Below, piece by piece: positions 60,639-64,000 of a DNA stretch of 64,000 bases. The position numbers were made by a program, and so were the translations under genes. Source of the stretch: Candidatus Poribacteria bacterium (GTDB taxonomy: Bacteria; Poribacteria; WGA-4E; WGA-3G); the NCBI GenBank assembly GCA_965205015.1, contig OZ242029.1:768001-832000 (forward strand). Reading direction: 5' to 3'. Within the stretch, counting starts at the first letter, position 1; each line of letters opens with the position of its first letter. The notes below the pieces were generated by a model that saw only the letters and a program-made list of their open reading frames with translations, was not told the DNA's origin and made no database searches.

Positions 60639-62201
60639 CTACACTTCAACTTTGATAAAAATCAAAAATGTCGCCATGAACAGGACGATATTGGTGCATA
60701 ACAGCAAAAACAGTTCAGGTAGGGCGCGATGCGCGTTGATGCCGATTTCTGCTCGCTCGAAGTGAAAACGAGGGAGGACCGACCAGTCTATATCCGCTTG
60801 ATTTGGAGCAAACCACTGCAGGCTCGCGAACGCATCTCTCTCATGAAAGGTCCCAATGAGGGTGCGGCGGTACGCCTGCGCGGTTTGAATATAATCCACC
60901 ATGCTGTTTAAATCGGTGCCTGCCCATGCGGCGGTAGCAAACGTATAAAGGCTTGCCGGACTGAACTTCATGAGACGCTCATCCCATTGTGCTTGATGGA
61001 GGGTGGTCTGTGCTACCAACTGCTGGCCGACGAAACCGACTTCGTCGGCATTCCGGATGTGCAGGGAGGCGGCGAATGCATAATAACGGCGTAAGTGTGG
61101 CACTAAAGGGTGCGCTGTATCTTTCAGTTCAAGGTTAACCCGAGGGAAGTCCCCAAGGAAGAAATATCCTGCTCCACTAAAGAGACCTGAAAACGCTTCA
61201 GAATCTGAAAATATCGGAGACTCCCCCTTAAGCGGACTATTGGCTAAGAACCGGTGTCGTTCTCTATCCGCCGCTTCCCGAATCTGCGCTATCTGCTGCT
61301 CGGTGGATCTTTTTTTTCCACGCATGTCCGCGTCTGGATTCAAGGCAAAGCGGCTCCAATTTGGATAGACGAGCACTAAAATCACCCATAAGAACATACA
61401 GAGCATCAAGGAGGTAGCGGCACGACGGGCTATCGCGGAAACGAGCAGACCGATCAGATAGAAAACCGACAGATAGACGATTGTCATTAAAACAATGCCG
61501 CCAATTCGTAGAAAATCACTTCCACTGAATTGCAAGGAACGCGCGAAGGAACACTGAATCAGGGCAAGCAATAGACTCATCAACACGGGGAGTAGCAGGC
61601 AAACCATCGCCGCAATATATTTAGCAAACAGCACATTTCCTCGCCCGACGGGATGTGAGAGCACCAAACGCAAGGTCCCTGTCTCCCAATCTCCCGCAAT
61701 CGCGTCATAAGCGAAAAGCAGAGCGATCAGACTCAACACAACCTGAAAGATAAAGACCAGGTCTATCTGTGAAAAGAGATACAGATAGGGGTTATTTATC
61801 CCGAGCGGTGCCCCTGGACTTGAGAGGGACGGGACGCTGCCAGACACCCACTGTTCTTCCTCGGGTCTGACATCAACGATGGGATTTGAGAGGGCTGGCA
61901 CACTGTCAAACGCTATATCAAGCTCACTGCCAAAACGCGTTTCCAAGCCCGCGCTAAAGAGGCTCAGGGGGTTCGGAGGACGCTGAACCTTTAACTTTAA
62001 GACCGAATAGGTGGGGGTTGCCTCGACCTTCTCGCGATTTACCGCTTCTTTCTGACTATAGTCGGCGAGACGCTCTTCATGTGCACCGATTAAGACGAAC
62101 GTATTGGCAACGACAAGTAAGAGTGTAATGACCACCGCAGCAAAAAAACGCGCACTCATCAGATGAATCAAGAGTTCCTGGCGTATCAGGGTCCGTAACA
62201 T
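60639..62201 (-). CDS. ABC-2 type permease (type A)
   Basis: RPPNPLSLF and AYDAIAGDWETGTLRLVL motifs; start MLRTLIRQE by analogy with 48066..49577. Confidence 0.88.
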   Translation of the reverse strand: MLRTLIRQELLIHLMSARFFAAVVITLLLVVANTFVLIGAHEERLADYSQKEAVNREKVEATPTYSVLKLKVQRPPNPLSLFSAGLETRFGSELDIAFDSVPALSNPIVDVRPEEEQWVSGSVPSLSSPGAPLGINNPYLYLFSQIDLVFIFQVVLSLIALLFAYDAIAGDWETGTLRLVLSHPVGRGNVLFAKYIAAMVCLLLPVLMSLLLALIQCSFARSLQFSGSDFLRIGGIVLMTIVYLSVFYLIGLLVSAIARRAATSLMLCMFLWVILVLVYPNWSRFALNPDADMRGKKRSTEQQIAQIREAADRERHRFLANSPLKGESPIFSDSEAFSGLFSGAGYFFLGDFPRVNLELKDTAHPLVPHLRRYYAFAASLHIRNADEVGFVGQQLVAQTTLHQAQWDERLMKFSPASLYTFATAAWAGTDLNSMVDYIQTAQAYRRTLIGTFHERDAFASLQWFAPNQADIDWSVLPRFHFERAEIGINAHRALPELFLLLCTNIVLFMATFLIFIKVEV

Positions 62202-62266
62202 CGTTTTCCGTTGCCTCAATTCCACGGGTTCTACTACCGAATTAGATATTTTCCAGGGATAGGTGA

Positions 62267-64000
62267 TTAGGACTTCAAGAGCATCGGCATGATGAGGTGG
62301 ATATGTCCTTCCTCACCAACCGGCTTAACAATCACAGGATCCAACGCGCTCGAGAACTCCAATGCCAAAGACGCCGTTCCAATGTGCGTGAGCGCCTCTA
62401 TCAGCATCCGAGCATCGAGACCGACACGGATACTTCCAGTGCTGGACACCACTGCTAAGGTTTCCTGCTGCTCATCTATCTCAGAATCCCTCGGCGAAAT
62501 CCGAATCCGTTGTTCATCTATCTCTAAACAGACCGTCGGCGAAATCCGAATCTGTTGTTCATCTATCTCTAAACAGAGAGCAGGGCATTTCGGATCCGAA
62601 AATGCTGAAACCTGACGTGTTGCACGCAAAATCGGCGCTTTCTGCACAACTGTACGCATCTGAGGAGACTTTGGAAAGAGTTTCTCATACTTCGGATATT
62701 CACCGTCTACCAACTGCGCCGTCAACGTGGTTCGCTCATCCGCGAAAAGAATCTGGTTCGCAACGCGTGAAACCCGTACCTCCAAGGAATCAGCAAACGT
62801 TCGTTCAATATCTTTGACGGCTTTGAGCGGGACGATAAACCCATCGTTATCCTCAGACAACCTTAAGGGTTCACACCGTGCGATGGCAATCTGCTTGCCG
62901 TCGCATCCAACGACTTCGGTCCTGTCCTCAAGCAGGTTAAAATAGAGCCCGTTTAGAAAAGTCCGCCGGACTTTCTCCGTGGACGCAGCACATTCGGTTT
63001 TGTGGAGGATCGACCGCAGGATCTCTCCATCAATCGCAAATGCTCCCGGGTCAACAGAAGGGAGTTGTGGAAATTCCTCATCCGCAAGCCCGACGATTTT
63101 GTAAACGTCATCTCCAGAAGTGATTCTAACCCGACCGTCCGCTGTCTTTGTCACGTCTATCGGTTTCTCCGCGGGCCACGCTTTAACGATATCCCCTAAT
63201 TTTTGGGCGGGGACAGTGATCGCTCCCGCTTCTTTGACTGTCCCTTCAACCTTCATTCTGATGCCAATTTCCGTGTCCATCGCCATGCATTCAATCGTGC
63301 TTCCTTCCGCACGGATGAGAACGTTTGAGGGAATAGGTGAGGTATCCTGCCCACTCGTGACACGCTGCAGCATTTGTAAAGAAGTTAAAAGCGCATCCCT
63401 TTCAAAAGTTAATTTCATTCCAAAACCCCTATTCAAATATATTTGGGCGCGACGTTCGGGTTCAATTGTGAGGTCTAAGGCTTCCTGAATCATGAATTCA
63501 TACTGCTTTAACTGTTGTCGCGCACGTCGAAGCCGACTTTTAATCGTGTTTTCTGACACACCTAAAAAGTTACTTATTTCTGTGTAGGTCATCCCCTCAA
63601 GGTAGTGAAGCGTGATAGTTGTCCGATTGCTCTCCTTCAACCTCGCGAGCAGCTTTTCGACCACGTCGCGCCGCGCTTCAGCGAAGGTCCTCGCGTGTTC
63701 TGTCGCGATATACTGGGAATACGCCTCTGTCTCTACTTCAGAGATGTCAGTGTTTTCCAGCGGCTCAGTGTGCCGCTGGTTTTTTCGGAGCCAAGCGATA
63801 CAGAGACGATCCGCAATCACATAAACCCACCGTAGAAACCGCGTCGGATCTTCCAAGGTCTCTAATTTGTGATAGACTCGCAGGAAGGTTTCCTGCGTAA
63901 TATCTTCGGCGATATGGAAATCCCCAATTTTCCGCCATGCGAGCGCGTGAACCTGTTTCTGGTACTTTCTAACCAACCTTGAAAAGGCAGTTTCATCACC
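62267..64000 (-). CDS. ECF sigma factor fused to a full-length DNA polymerase III beta sliding clamp (DnaN-like); 5' end lies outside the window
   Basis: Frame open to the window edge (GDETAFSRLVRKY); sigma2/sigma4, then MKLTFERDALL...P.IPSNVLI...D.EIGI...ITVPAQKL...EEFP...FLNG...GEYPKY...LIMPM. Confidence 0.9.
   Translation of the reverse strand, partial: GDETAFSRLVRKYQKQVHALAWRKIGDFHIAEDITQETFLRVYHKLETLEDPTRFLRWVYVIADRLCIAWLRKNQRHTEPLENTDISEVETEAYSQYIATEHARTFAEARRDVVEKLLARLKESNRTTITLHYLEGMTYTEISNFLGVSENTIKSRLRRARQQLKQYEFMIQEALDLTIEPERRAQIYLNRGFGMKLTFERDALLTSLQMLQRVTSGQDTSPIPSNVLIRAEGSTIECMAMDTEIGIRMKVEGTVKEAGAITVPAQKLGDIVKAWPAEKPIDVTKTADGRVRITSGDDVYKIVGLADEEFPQLPSVDPGAFAIDGEILRSILHKTECAASTEKVRRTFLNGLYFNLLEDRTEVVGCDGKQIAIARCEPLRLSEDNDGFIVPLKAVKDIERTFADSLEVRVSRVANQILFADERTTLTAQLVDGEYPKYEKLFPKSPQMRTVVQKAPILRATRQVSAFSDPKCPALCLEIDEQQIRISPTVCLEIDEQRIRISPRDSEIDEQQETLAVVSSTGSIRVGLDARMLIEALTHIGTASLALEFSSALDPVIVKPVGEEGHIHLIMPMLLKS
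62491..62577. repeat. 45-bp tandem duplication inside the DnaN-like domain
   Basis: 62491-62532 and 62536-62577 differ at one base; encodes CLEIDEQ(Q/R)IRISP twice. Confidence 0.9.

Noticed and set aside
62267-63418. Calling this the housekeeping dnaN or an origin region
   Set aside because: It is in frame with an ECF sigma, has no dnaA/recF/gyrB neighbours in the window, and pocket residues are altered.

Overview
Bacterial genomic window of moderate GC, most likely Candidatus Poribacteria or a relative. This is an inference from three PhyH dioxygenases, three secreted PD40 proteins ending in a ...TLWGxLK tail, and ECF sigma factors with long C-terminal extensions. 1-9.5 kb: defence/TA-rich segment (type IIG-like R-M enzyme plus a decayed copy of its 5' end, MNT-HEPN fusion, orphan DNA methyltransferase, HicAB). 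9.6-30 kb: catabolic genes (CoxMSL-like molybdoenzyme, oxidoreductases, aldolase, PhyH x3, M42 peptidase), a TolB-like triplet, a UGA-interrupted DUF3179 selenoprotein candidate and more TA pairs. 30-39 kb: F1Fo ATP synthase operon with an inserted DUF1992 gene and an unusual c subunit. 39.4-64 kb: an all-minus-strand array built from ECF-sigma fusion cassettes with ABC permeases. The most striking content is an ECF sigma fused to a full-length DNA sliding clamp (DnaN), an ECF sigma fused to an FtsZ GTPase domain (one base from reading on into an S9 peptidase), and two ECF-TPR-like paralogs. Every fusion junction carries its own Shine-Dalgarno plus in-frame ATG, and a shared TGCA(C/A)(G/C)-N17/18-CGTC ECF-type promoter recurs in the array. 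All family assignments are by motif recognition, not database search.
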